Shown here: positions 19,356 to 28,586 of the stretch, piece after piece | Layout: every line of letters begins with the position of its first letter | Position numbering within the stretch: the first letter of the stretch is position 1 | Origin: Clostridia bacterium | GTDB lineage: Bacteria > Bacillota > Clostridia > Oscillospirales > CAG-272 | Direction of reading: 5' to 3' | DNA: 64,000 nt | Assembly (NCBI GenBank): GCA_017463865.1 | Contig: JAFTOI010000003.1 | Span: forward strand, 5,219 to 69,218 | Notes under the pieces: generated by a model | Seen by the model: the letters and a program-made list of their open reading frames with translations, nothing else | Database searches by the model: none | What the model was told of the DNA's origin: nothing | Program-made: the position numbers and the translations under genes

Positions 19356-21485
19356 TTAAAGTCGGTAGGTAATTTCGGTGATGATGTTGGTAACGAAGCT
19401 GACGATCTTACCAAGCAGGGTCGAGAAGAGGATACCGATGAACATGATGACAACCATGCCGACGATGGTGCAGAGCGAGATGACCAGGTTCTTCGTCATG
19501 GAGTAGTCATGGGTGACCATCATACCAAAGAAGATGAGCAAGCCGCACCAGATGAAACCGATGTTGACCAGCAGGTTCAGGATCGTCTTTTCACTGGAAA
19601 CAATGAAGTTGGAAGCGATGGTCGTGGGGATAATCATCAGCGGCAGAGGGATGAGCGAGTAGGAGGTTGCAATGAAGATATCCTTGAAGCTGCCTTCACC
19701 GTCGAACAGAGTGGTCAGACACCAGTTCGCGACGACCCACAGGAAGAGGGGAACCAGAACCGAGATGGCCTGGGAGAAGATTGTGGTGTACGAACCGCGG
19801 GGGTTCATAACATAACCGACACCGATCGCCTGGTAGAAGAAGGTAACAATGACGATGATGAGGTAGACGATAGCCGCACGCAGCGAGCCGCGCTTCTCAT
19901 GCTTGAGATCCCAGAAACCATCGAAGGGGTGGAACATCAGGTGGAAGCCATAGAGCAGCTCCTCCTTGAAGGTACGCTTGCCGCCCTTGGTTGCTGCCTT
20001 GAGGTTGACCTTAGCAGCATACTTGAAGAAGAAGACAAACGCGACAACAAGGACGATCACGGCCACAGGGATAAGCAGGATGTACTTGGTGATCCACTCT
20101 TTACGCAGTTCCTTGTAGGCATCCGAGTAGTTGGTGGTATCGTAAGCGGACTTGAAGTAGCTCAGTGCCTCCTTGTACTCGGCACTGCGGTACAGCGACT
20201 GACCGATACCGATGTATGCGGTGTCGAAGTTGGAGTTGCGCTTCAGGATCTCGGTCCAGTCATCAACAGCCAGCTCATACTGACGGTTGTTCTGGTGTGC
20301 GAGGGCCTGGATGATGGTGTCACCGTACTCGGTGCGCTTGAAGACGGTGAAGTTATCGGCCGTCTTATCGAGGACGAGCATGGTATCACCCTGGTAAACA
20401 ACTGCCTCGATGGAGGAGAGGTTACCGAGCTGCTGGCCCTTATCGCCGAAGGCGAAGAGGAGGTTACCGTCGAAGTCGTAGGTAAAGATCTTCTGACGCT
20501 TTTCGTCGATGATCGACCAGGTCTTCTCGGGGCCGACGGCAACATCGATGATCTTGGACGCGCCGCGGATCTCAGAGGTAGAGCTGCTGGAGACCTGAAC
20601 CTCACCGCCAGGGGCGAAGAAGCCGTTACGGCGCATAATCTCGGAACCGGCTGCGTTTAGCATCTTGACCGGTGCATAGTCGCCGGACTTGGACTTGATG
20701 GCAGCCTGCTGCTTGCTTGCATCGATGGAGGAGGTGGTAACATAAATGAAGCCATCCTCATTGATCGTGATGTTGTTGAACTCGGTCGGAACGTAGGAAG
20801 CAGTCAGTTCGCGCTGCTCCTTGGTCTGGAAGCGTCTCCAGATGATATCAAGCGCATTGGCGTAAACCTTCTGCGCACCGATGAAGCCGGTGAATTCACC
20901 CTCATCGGTCATAACGATGATACCCTGATAGGTGGTGGAGGAAACGACGTACAGACGGTTGTACTGGTCAACCGCGATGGCGACCGGCTTGTAGACGGCG
21001 CCCTCGGAGAAGAGGTTGGACTCAGGCTGGGGAATGATCTTGATGAAGTTACCCTCAAGGTCGAAGGTAACGATACGGTTTGCGTCGGTATCGCAGACGT
21101 AGATGGTGTCATCGGTGACGAAAACGCCGGAGGGAGAGGTAAGCTCATCCTTAACGCCCTGGTCATTGATGAACTGCTTTTCGCCGAGGCTGAACTTCAG
21201 CTTATAGTAACGGTCGAGAACATGAACCATGTTATTCTTTGCGTCAACAAGGTAAACGTTCATGTTCTTGTCAACGAAGAGGTCACGCGGGTCATCGAAG
21301 GCCTTCTTGAGGCCCATGTAGTTGGAGTCGACCGTCATGATGGGGGTATAAGCATCAGGGGAGTTCAGCGGGAAACCATCGATGGAGTAGGTGTAAGTCT
21401 GGTAAGGCTTTGCAGCGCTTACCGGAACAGCGAAGAGCATGACGGCGGCGAAAACCAACGCGACAATGCGAATAATCTTTTTCAT
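19356..21485 (-). CDS. NHL-repeat beta-propeller / TPR / Yip1-type polytopic membrane fusion protein
   Basis: Signal peptide (VPVSA|AKP). NHL-like repeats (DPRDLFVDKNMNVYLVDAKNN; SPSGVFVTDDTIYVCDTDANRIVTFD; KPVAIAVDQYNRLYVV). One TPR-like segment, then 5-6 TM helices in the C-terminal ~240 aa. Confidence 0.7.
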   Translation of the reverse strand: MKKIIRIVALVFAAVMLFAVPVSAAKPYQTYTYSIDGFPLNSPDAYTPIMTVDSNYMGLKKAFDDPRDLFVDKNMNVYLVDAKNNMVHVLDRYYKLKFSLGEKQFINDQGVKDELTSPSGVFVTDDTIYVCDTDANRIVTFDLEGNFIKIIPQPESNLFSEGAVYKPVAIAVDQYNRLYVVSSTTYQGIIVMTDEGEFTGFIGAQKVYANALDIIWRRFQTKEQRELTASYVPTEFNNITINEDGFIYVTTSSIDASKQQAAIKSKSGDYAPVKMLNAAGSEIMRRNGFFAPGGEVQVSSSSTSEIRGASKIIDVAVGPEKTWSIIDEKRQKIFTYDFDGNLLFAFGDKGQQLGNLSSIEAVVYQGDTMLVLDKTADNFTVFKRTEYGDTIIQALAHQNNRQYELAVDDWTEILKRNSNFDTAYIGIGQSLYRSAEYKEALSYFKSAYDTTNYSDAYKELRKEWITKYILLIPVAVIVLVVAFVFFFKYAAKVNLKAATKGGKRTFKEELLYGFHLMFHPFDGFWDLKHEKRGSLRAAIVYLIIVIVTFFYQAIGVGYVMNPRGSYTTIFSQAISVLVPLFLWVVANWCLTTLFDGEGSFKDIFIATSYSLIPLPLMIIPTTIASNFIVSSEKTILNLLVNIGFIWCGLLIFFGMMVTHDYSMTKNLVISLCTIVGMVVIMFIGILFSTLLGKIVSFVTNIITEITYRL

Positions 21486-21497
21486 TGGTTTCCTCCT

Positions 21498-22370
21498 TTA
21501 ATCCTTCATACCGCTCGAGCCCATGGTCTCGATGATATTCGACTGAGAAATAACGAAGACGAGAATCGGCACCATCATCATAACGACAGTGGAAGCCGCA
21601 CCCGCGCCGGCACGCTTGATACCGCCCGCGGTGATCTGACCGATTGCATAGTTGAAGGTCTTCAGCTGCTCCGAGTGGATGTAGATCGAGGCGCCCTCGT
21701 TCCACAGATCCTTGAAGCGGTAGATGATCAGGGTAAGCCAAGCGGGCTTAACCATCGGCATTGCGATCGTCCAGAAGATCTTCAGCTCATGCGCACCGTC
21801 CAGACGCGCCGACTCAAGGACGGCACCCGAGACGTTGGTCTCCATGAACTGCTTCATGAGGTACAGACCCAGGGTAGAAGCAAAACCGGGGATGATGACT
21901 GCGGCGTAGGTATCGACCCAGCCGAGCCAGGACATGATGATGAAGTTGACCAGACCGGTAACCGTCGCGTGGAACATCAGCGAGGTACGGATGGTCTTGA
22001 ACATCAGCTTTCCACCGGGGAAGTTGATCTTCGCAAAGGCGTAAGCAGCCAGCGAGGCGAAGAACAGGTGACCTGCGGTACCAACGACCGAGATGAACAC
22101 GGTGTTGAAGATGTAGCGGGAGAAGGGAACCCAGGAGTCATTCATCAGAGTGAACAGATCCTTGAAGTTCTTGAAGGTCGGCTTCACAACATAGAAGCGC
22201 GGGGGGAACATCCACAGCTCATCAAGGGGCTTCAGCGACTGCATGACAACATAAAGCATCGGCAGGAACATGAACGCGCCAAGAAGGACGAGCAGGATGG
22301 TAATGCCCGTATCACCGCCGGCCGAGCGGTTCAGGACAACTTTATGACCTCTTGTTCTTAATCTTGCCAT
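21498..22370 (-). CDS. Carbohydrate ABC transporter permease (MalG-like), first pair
   Basis: EAA loop ESARLDGAHELKIFWTIAMPMVKP and six TM helices. Confidence 0.85.
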   Translation of the reverse strand: MARLRTRGHKVVLNRSAGGDTGITILLVLLGAFMFLPMLYVVMQSLKPLDELWMFPPRFYVVKPTFKNFKDLFTLMNDSWVPFSRYIFNTVFISVVGTAGHLFFASLAAYAFAKINFPGGKLMFKTIRTSLMFHATVTGLVNFIIMSWLGWVDTYAAVIIPGFASTLGLYLMKQFMETNVSGAVLESARLDGAHELKIFWTIAMPMVKPAWLTLIIYRFKDLWNEGASIYIHSEQLKTFNYAIGQITAGGIKRAGAGAASTVVMMMVPILVFVISQSNIIETMGSSGMKD

Positions 22371-22371
22371 A

Positions 22372-23316
22372 TTACTGTCCCACCTTTGAGAGAATTTTCT
22401 TGACCAGGAAGTTAGCCCCGATCATGATCGCGAAGAGGACAACGGCGATGGCCGACGCGTAACCGACCTCGAAACGCGTGCTGCCGTAGTCATCCAGATG
22501 GTGCATGATGGTATGTGCGGCATAGTCGACAGACGGGAAGCCGCAAAGGTTGGTAACAACGCCGCCGAAGCCGAAGCAGGAGGTGATCTGCATGATTGCA
22601 CCGAACATCAGCTGAGGCTTCATGGACGGCAGGGTAACATACCAAAGCTCCTGCCAACGGTTGCGGATACCGTCAACGGCTGCAGCCTCATACATCGAGC
22701 GGTCGATACCCTGAAGACCGGCGATGAAGGACAGGAACGCGGTACCGAGCGAGGTCCAGAGGGCAACGACGATACAGAGGGGCATGACCCAGTCTGCATC
22801 CTCGAAGAACTGGATCTCAGTGGTGATGATACCCAGCTTCAGCAGGGTACCGTTGACCCAGCCGTAGGAGTCACCAGAGAACAGCGTCTTCCAGATGAGG
22901 TAGACGTTACCGGAGATGGAAGGTGCGTAGAAGATCAGCGTGACGACCGCGCGGATCTTGGGGGGCAGCTCATTGATGAACCATGCGACCATCAGTGCCA
23001 TGATGTAAGACACCGGGCCGACGATGACAGCGAAGACCATGGTGTTCTGCACTGCGATCATAAAGATATCGTCATCAAGGAACAGGCGGATGTAGTTGTC
23101 GAGGAACAGGAAGGTAGGCGGCTCGAGCAGGTTGAACTCGGTGAAGCTCAGGAAGATCGAGAAGACGACGGGGATGACAGTGAAGATGGTAAAGAGCAGA
23201 ACATAGGGGGCAACCATCAGGTACGCGACCTTGTTGCGCTTCATCTCTTTCCAGGTCCACTGCGCACGCGTCATGTCTTTGCGCGATACCGCTTTAGGTG
23301 CTGCTGTTTTTGACAT
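22372..23316 (-). CDS. Carbohydrate ABC transporter permease (MalF-like), first pair
   Basis: EAA loop EAAAVDGIRNRWQELWYVTLPSMKP. Only 1 nt separates it from the next gene. Confidence 0.85.
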   Translation of the reverse strand: MSKTAAPKAVSRKDMTRAQWTWKEMKRNKVAYLMVAPYVLLFTIFTVIPVVFSIFLSFTEFNLLEPPTFLFLDNYIRLFLDDDIFMIAVQNTMVFAVIVGPVSYIMALMVAWFINELPPKIRAVVTLIFYAPSISGNVYLIWKTLFSGDSYGWVNGTLLKLGIITTEIQFFEDADWVMPLCIVVALWTSLGTAFLSFIAGLQGIDRSMYEAAAVDGIRNRWQELWYVTLPSMKPQLMFGAIMQITSCFGFGGVVTNLCGFPSVDYAAHTIMHHLDDYGSTRFEVGYASAIAVVLFAIMIGANFLVKKILSKVGQ

Positions 23317-23362
23317 TTGCGCTCTCTCCTTATTTTAAGATTTCGTGGATCAAATGTATCGC

Positions 23363-26332
23363 TTATTCAGCGGCGCCGCCGGCTGCTTCAGCCTCGAGAT
23401 CAGCCAGCGTCTGGCCGAGCTCAAGCGTGCGCAGACCGAACTCGCTTCTCTTACGGGTGATCTCCTTGTTGATCGTCGGGATGTAGCTCAGCAGCTCGCT
23501 GACCGGGTCGGCCTTGTCGTTGTAGGCAGACAGGAACGCGAAGTTGGTGTAACGGTCAACGATGTAAGCACCGGGATAGTTCGGGATCGAAGCGAGGTTG
23601 TTGAACTGCATGGCGAGGTTCTGATACTCGGAGGTGGTCCAAGGCAGAGACTCGAGTGCAGTCATGTTTGCAGTTGCATGCTTAGCAGACGGGCCGAGGA
23701 TTGCAACCATCTCGTTGGAGTACTTGGTCTGGCAGTCAGCACCGACGTGCCACTTCATGAACTCCCATGCGCCTTCCTCATTGTCGCAGCCGTTCATCAT
23801 AACGATTGCGGAGACGGTGGAGACCGAGACGTTGTTGATGTTGCCATTCTCATCCATGATACCCGGCAGCGGGACGAACTCCCACAGACCGCGGATCTCG
23901 GTTGCGAAGACGATCATCTGGTTGTAAGTACCGTTGTAGGACGCGATACCGATCGGCATCTCACCGGTACGGAAGCGGTTCGCGAAGTCATAGGTATAGG
24001 GGAAGGAGTACATGGTGAACATGTTGCACATCATCTCGAAGGACTCGAGCGCGACGTTGGAGTCGAGGTTGATGCGCATACCGTTGTCGGCGAAGAGCTC
24101 GCCGCCCATCTGGTACAGGAACATCTTGTAGTCCTTGGAAAGACCGATGGTCATGTTGTTCGCCTGCAGGATCGGCACAGCGGCCAGCACGTCATCCCAA
24201 GTCTTCGGGATGTCGATGCCCAGCTCAGCCAGAACGTCCTTGCGGTAGAACATCATCGGGAAGTTCTGGGTCTCGGGCAGACCGTAGTAATGGAACTCAC
24301 CTTCGGCATTCTCGATACCCAGCGGAAGCATGGCAGCCTCGTTGAAATCCTTCAGGGTATCATCGAAGCCGGCATAGCCGTCAATCGGCATGATCGCGCT
24401 TCGGATCGCGTAGTTGATAACGTCGCCCTGGCCGAGACCGATGTAAACATCAGGACCCATGTTCGCCAGAACCGAGGGGAGCAGCGTACCGCCCGCGACC
24501 AGCTTCAGGTTGACCGGGATACCGGTCTGAGGCGTGAAGTCGTTGTTGATGAGGTTACGGATGACCTGTGTCTGGTCACGACCGTAAGCCAGCCAGACCT
24601 CAACCGCGTCATCGCTGGTAGAGTCCTCGGACATCGCGCCCATACGGTTGTAGTTGCGGAAGAAGGACTGGATGAAGGACTGGAACTCAAAGCCAAGGGA
24701 GGCGAAGAAGCCAGCCGTTGCCTGAGGCAGCTTGTTGCCGACAGGCTGGATCATGATGTAGTCAAGGCGCAGGGGCTGGGACTTGGCGTCGCCGACCCAG
24801 GTACCAAGCGAACCGATGTAGGACTTGAGCTGTTCGAGGTTCTTGGCGACCTCGTCCTCGTCCGTACCCATACGGTTGAGCAGGTATGCGACCTTGTCAA
24901 GGGTAGCAGTGTTCGAACCCTTGGTGCCTGCCAGATCGGCCAGCATGGTCGAAACCTCGGTAATGGTTCTCGACTGTACGATCAGGTCGATGATGGTGTC
25001 AGGCATGCTGCGGGAGAAGCCGTAGTCACGGTACTCGTCAGGCGTAGCGCCGGTCAGCTTGAGGATCTCAAGGTAGTCGGCGTTGATGCTTGCCAGCGAG
25101 TCGTCGATCTGGCGGATAACGTCACCCATCTCGCCGAGTGCAACCTCGAACTCGATGACGTAGGTCTTGCCGGCCTCGAAGTAGAACTCGAACTCAGTCA
25201 CGCCATTGTTCAGCGGAGCGGACTGCCAATCGGTCGAGTAGTTGAAGCGAAGCTCGGTGGCCTCCTTGAAGGGGATCTCACCGTTGATGCGCAGGGTACG
25301 CGAAACGAACATACCGTCGAGCAGCTCCTGCTTGAAGCGGGGCACGATCTGATACAGACCGCTTTCCGGAACGGTGAACTCGTAGCGGACCCACTGACCG
25401 GAGGTCTGCCACTTGTCGCCGCCGATGGTGTTCAGCAGAGAACGCGAAGCGTCATGCGGAACGGTAGCAGCCGAGGTTCTGTCCTCGAGCGGGTAGATGG
25501 TCTGAGAAGAGGTTGCAGTGGGGTACTCGGCGTCGATCGTCACGACACTGCCGGACGATGCTGCCTTGTAGCCGTTAGCTGCGTACTCAGCCTGGATCTC
25601 GCTGTAGGGACGCATTTCCTCGTGGGCAGCCAGAGTGATCGACTTGATCGCCATCGGCTCGTTGACAGCCTCGAGCGAAATGATGTTGTCGCCCTTCTCG
25701 AGGACAAACTCAAAGCTCTCGCTGTAGAAGCCGTCGGCGTCGCGGAACTCATAGGTGCGCCACTCGGGGGACTGTACCATGGTGGGGCGCAGCTCGTTGC
25801 CGTCGATGTCGGAACGGAAGAGTCGGCCCGCTTCATCGGGCGTCTCGTACTCGTTCTTCCAGACCTTGGACATGGTCAGGTAACGAGCCTCGGCGAAGGG
25901 GACCTTGCCATTGATCATAAAGATACGCTCAATGGAAGCAACCTTACCCTCGACCGGATAGTACTCGATGCTGATGCTGTACTTCGCGGTGGAGGGGATA
26001 TTCACCTTCCACGAAGCGGTACCCGAGTTGGGCAGCAGCAGACCGTTCTCACCGTCCCAGGTGCCCTTGGACACCTCAGCATCGGTGTTGTCCTTATCGT
26101 AATTGGTTGCGTCAATTACGATATCCTTCGAAGCTCTTGGAACATCTGCGTTCTTTTCCAAGTACTCTTCATACGAAATTGCATTAAGCAGCTCTTTGAC
26201 CTCGTCGATCGTCTGATCGGTAACAGACGTGCCCTTGCTGTCAGCTGCGCTGACGCCAAGCACCATACTGCCAGAGACCATAAGGATCGCGAGGAGAAGA
26301 GCTGTTAATTTTCTGAATTTCGCTTTCATCAT
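23363..26332 (-). CDS. Giant extracellular solute-binding protein: two CBM-like beta-sandwich modules plus a family-1 SBP domain
   Basis: Signal peptide ...LGVSA|ADS with no lipobox Cys. Internal duplication (ASWKVNIP...RIFMINGKVPFAEA versus QWVRYEFTVP...RTLRINGEIPFKEA). The C-terminal half is SBP-like (YGLPETQNFPMMFYRKDVLAELGIDIPKTWDD). AGGAGG RBS 8 nt upstream. Confidence 0.8.
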   Translation of the reverse strand: MMKAKFRKLTALLLAILMVSGSMVLGVSAADSKGTSVTDQTIDEVKELLNAISYEEYLEKNADVPRASKDIVIDATNYDKDNTDAEVSKGTWDGENGLLLPNSGTASWKVNIPSTAKYSISIEYYPVEGKVASIERIFMINGKVPFAEARYLTMSKVWKNEYETPDEAGRLFRSDIDGNELRPTMVQSPEWRTYEFRDADGFYSESFEFVLEKGDNIISLEAVNEPMAIKSITLAAHEEMRPYSEIQAEYAANGYKAASSGSVVTIDAEYPTATSSQTIYPLEDRTSAATVPHDASRSLLNTIGGDKWQTSGQWVRYEFTVPESGLYQIVPRFKQELLDGMFVSRTLRINGEIPFKEATELRFNYSTDWQSAPLNNGVTEFEFYFEAGKTYVIEFEVALGEMGDVIRQIDDSLASINADYLEILKLTGATPDEYRDYGFSRSMPDTIIDLIVQSRTITEVSTMLADLAGTKGSNTATLDKVAYLLNRMGTDEDEVAKNLEQLKSYIGSLGTWVGDAKSQPLRLDYIMIQPVGNKLPQATAGFFASLGFEFQSFIQSFFRNYNRMGAMSEDSTSDDAVEVWLAYGRDQTQVIRNLINNDFTPQTGIPVNLKLVAGGTLLPSVLANMGPDVYIGLGQGDVINYAIRSAIMPIDGYAGFDDTLKDFNEAAMLPLGIENAEGEFHYYGLPETQNFPMMFYRKDVLAELGIDIPKTWDDVLAAVPILQANNMTIGLSKDYKMFLYQMGGELFADNGMRINLDSNVALESFEMMCNMFTMYSFPYTYDFANRFRTGEMPIGIASYNGTYNQMIVFATEIRGLWEFVPLPGIMDENGNINNVSVSTVSAIVMMNGCDNEEGAWEFMKWHVGADCQTKYSNEMVAILGPSAKHATANMTALESLPWTTSEYQNLAMQFNNLASIPNYPGAYIVDRYTNFAFLSAYNDKADPVSELLSYIPTINKEITRKRSEFGLRTLELGQTLADLEAEAAGGAAE

Positions 26333-26805
26333 TCACTTTTCCTCCTACCAAGATTTTTTCATCAGAGCTTCCGCTCCATGAATGGGGGACGAACTTGCCA
26401 TCAACAATGCCCTGCCGTTTCCGCACCGGTCGAAGTTTATTCTTTCGCGCGGAAACCGAAGAACCGGACATTTCCACTTTCGGATAAACACAGCGGCACG
26501 GGGACGGCCGGGGGCTGTCCACAAGCTGCTATATTTATATGAAAGAATAAGCTGTGTTATTTGTACTTTTCTGCCGCAGTTGCCCCGGACGCAGATTCCC
26601 GGAGCCGCCTTTTCCCGTGCAGACGCCCGGGGAACCGGCAAAAACCTACAGCCAACATAACCTATACGCCCTGAGATGCCAAAGCGCACAGCATTATTGG
26701 TATGCAATTCTCCGCGCCGCCGAGGCGGACGCAGAAAGAAAACAAGGCCGAGGCGCACGCAACGTATGGCATTGCGTTGCTTTGAGCCCAATTTTCCATA
26801 CAAAT

Positions 26806-26834
26806 ATAATAGCACAGCCCCGCAAAATTGTCAA
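26806..26834 (-). promoter_or_regulatory. Sigma-A promoter TTGACA-17-TATTAT for the glycan-uptake operon
   Basis: Minus strand: -35 at 26829..26834, -10 at 26806..26811, exact 17-nt spacer. Predicted TSS near 26799, about 467 nt upstream of ATG 26332. Confidence 0.65.
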
Positions 26835-26969
26835 GTACGGCTGAAAATACACAAGTCGGTCACGTTCCCTTCATACACCGGCAATGAACCCGTCTTTTCC
26901 GCGTTGCGGGCGGCACAAAGCGCCTTCCAGATTCGACCATTTTCCCGCCCATCTGCAGAGCGGTTTAAG

Positions 26970-26986
26970 CGTAAATATTATTTACG
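26970..26986. promoter_or_regulatory. 17-bp perfect palindrome CGTAAATA-T-TATTTACG (candidate operator)
   Basis: Perfect 8-bp arms, about 140 bp upstream of the operon -35. Confidence 0.35.
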
Positions 26987-27130
26987 TTATTTTGTTAAGT
27001 TTCCAGCTTTCCGGGGCGTATTTTGTGCGGTTTTCGGCGTTTTTTTCGGTGATTCGAGAGAGCATGTCCGGGTTTGTAAATATGATTTACCCTCTGCCAA
27101 CGATTTGCTTGCGTGTGCAACCATTCCATC

Positions 27131-27148
27131 GCCCACAAATCTGTGGGC
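27131..27148. promoter_or_regulatory. 18-bp palindrome GCCCACA-AATC-TGTGGGC (candidate operator or hairpin)
   Basis: Perfect 7-bp arms with a 4-nt centre, in the divergent intergenic region. Confidence 0.3.
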
Positions 27149-27410
27149 AATTTGCACAATTTTGCGTCCAAAATTTCTACACCTGTACAAAATCACCAAA
27201 TCCCGCTTTTTAGCCAATTTTTTGCGTGAAATTCGTCGTTTTTCCTGATTTGCAGCACATTTTTATCCCTTTATTACCTTGTTTGTTATTTGTTCCCAAC
27301 ACTCGTCAAAAGCCTCCTGTGCCCGCGCCGACCACCCACCTCAGCACCGCACGGTCAATGCCCTTCCCTGCCCCATCGCGGAGATTTTCGCACAATCCTG
27401 CCGTAACCGC

Positions 27411-27439
27411 TTGACAAATGGAGCGCAATCTCTTATAAT
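27411..27439 (+). promoter_or_regulatory. Perfect consensus sigma-A promoter TTGACA-17-TATAAT (glcK)
   Basis: -35 at 27411..27416, -10 at 27434..27439, 45 nt upstream of ATG 27485. Confidence 0.85.
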
Positions 27440-27484
27440 AGGTACAGCGAAAACCGCCAAACTTCAACAAAGCGAGGATCAAAC

Positions 27485-28450
27485 ATGTATTATCTCGGGA
27501 TCGACCTGGGCGGCACCAACATCGCCGCCGGAATCGTAGACGAATCGTATCAGATGATCGCCAAAAAGAGCGTGCCCACCAACGCACAGCGCGCACCTGA
27601 GGCCATCATCGCCGACATGGGCCAGCTCTGCCTCGACCTGCTGGCCGAACACAACCTCACGCCGGCCAACATCGAATGCGCCGGCATTGCCTCCCCCGGT
27701 ATCGCCGACGGCCGCACTGGCATGGTCATGTACGCCAACAATCTCCCCTTCTCGAAGACGCCCATCTGCTCCATGCTGGCCGAGCAGACCGGCATCAAGC
27801 GCGTCTGCCTCGACAACGACGCCAACGCTGCCGCCTGGGGCGAGGCCGTTGCCGGCGCAGCGAAGGGGACGACCAACTCGGTCATGATTACCCTCGGCAC
27901 CGGTGTCGGCGGCGGTATCATCATCGACAACAAGGTCTACTCGGGCTTCAACGCGGCCGGCGCTGAGCTGGGCCACATCGTCATCGAGTACGAGGGCCGT
28001 CCCTGCTCCTGCGGCCGCAAGGGCTGCTGGGAGGCCTACAGCTCGGCCACCGGCCTCATCAACATGACCCGCGAAAAGATCGAGGAATGCATGCGCACCG
28101 GCCGTCCCTCGGCCATGATCGAGATGTCGGAGGGCGGCAAGACCGTCTCCGGCCGCACCTCCTTCAACGCCATGCGCGCCGGCGACGAGGCAGCTTCCGA
28201 GGTCGTCGACATGTACATCCGCTATCTGGCCTGCGGCCTGATCAACATCGTCAACATTTTCCAGCCTGAGGTCATCTCGCTGGGTGGCGGCATCTCGAAC
28301 GAGCGCGAGAACCTGCTGAAGCCCCTGATGCCCTTCATCACCGCACAGCAGTACGGTGCAGGTGCCGTCCCGCAGACCGATATTCGCATCGCACAGCTTG
28401 GCAACGACGCCGGCATCATCGGCGCGGCTCTGCTGGGGATGCAGAAGTAA
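27485..28450 (+). CDS. glcK: ROK-family glucokinase
   Basis: N-terminal GIDLGGTN, DNDANAAAWGE, ROK zinc motif CSCGRKGCWEAY. Confidence 0.9.
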   Translation: MYYLGIDLGGTNIAAGIVDESYQMIAKKSVPTNAQRAPEAIIADMGQLCLDLLAEHNLTPANIECAGIASPGIADGRTGMVMYANNLPFSKTPICSMLAEQTGIKRVCLDNDANAAAWGEAVAGAAKGTTNSVMITLGTGVGGGIIIDNKVYSGFNAAGAELGHIVIEYEGRPCSCGRKGCWEAYSSATGLINMTREKIEECMRTGRPSAMIEMSEGGKTVSGRTSFNAMRAGDEAASEVVDMYIRYLACGLINIVNIFQPEVISLGGGISNERENLLKPLMPFITAQQYGAGAVPQTDIRIAQLGNDAGIIGAALLGMQK

Positions 28451-28461
28451 GGACGAAGACC

Positions 28462-28503
28462 TTGGGGGAGGGGACTTTTTTGCAAAAAAGTCCCCTCCCC
28501 CAA
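28462..28503. repeat. 42-bp perfect palindrome with G-rich arms
   Basis: TTGGGGGAGGGGACTTTTTTGCAAAAAAGTCCCCTCCCCCAA is its own reverse complement. The arm motif GGAGGGG resembles the stems of the dispersed repeat. Confidence 0.85.
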
Positions 28504-28538
28504 ACCCCCACCTTCAAAAACTCCCCAACAAATGAATT

Positions 28539-28582
28539 GACCTTTGTGCGCATCAGATTTGCGGCGCACAAAGGTCTTTTTT
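28539..28582. terminator. Rho-independent terminator between convergent glcK and the methyltransferase gene
   Basis: GACCTTTGTGCGC-12 nt-GCGCACAAAGGTC plus T6. Confidence 0.8.
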
Positions 28583-28586
28583 CTCA

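Noticed and set aside
26345-27248. ORFs of 156 aa (minus) and 190 aa (plus) inside the large intergenic region upstream of the SBP gene.
   Set aside because: Arg/Pro/Cys/Phe-rich translations with no SD sequences and no domain-like motifs. One begins upstream of the predicted promoter. Treated as non-coding.
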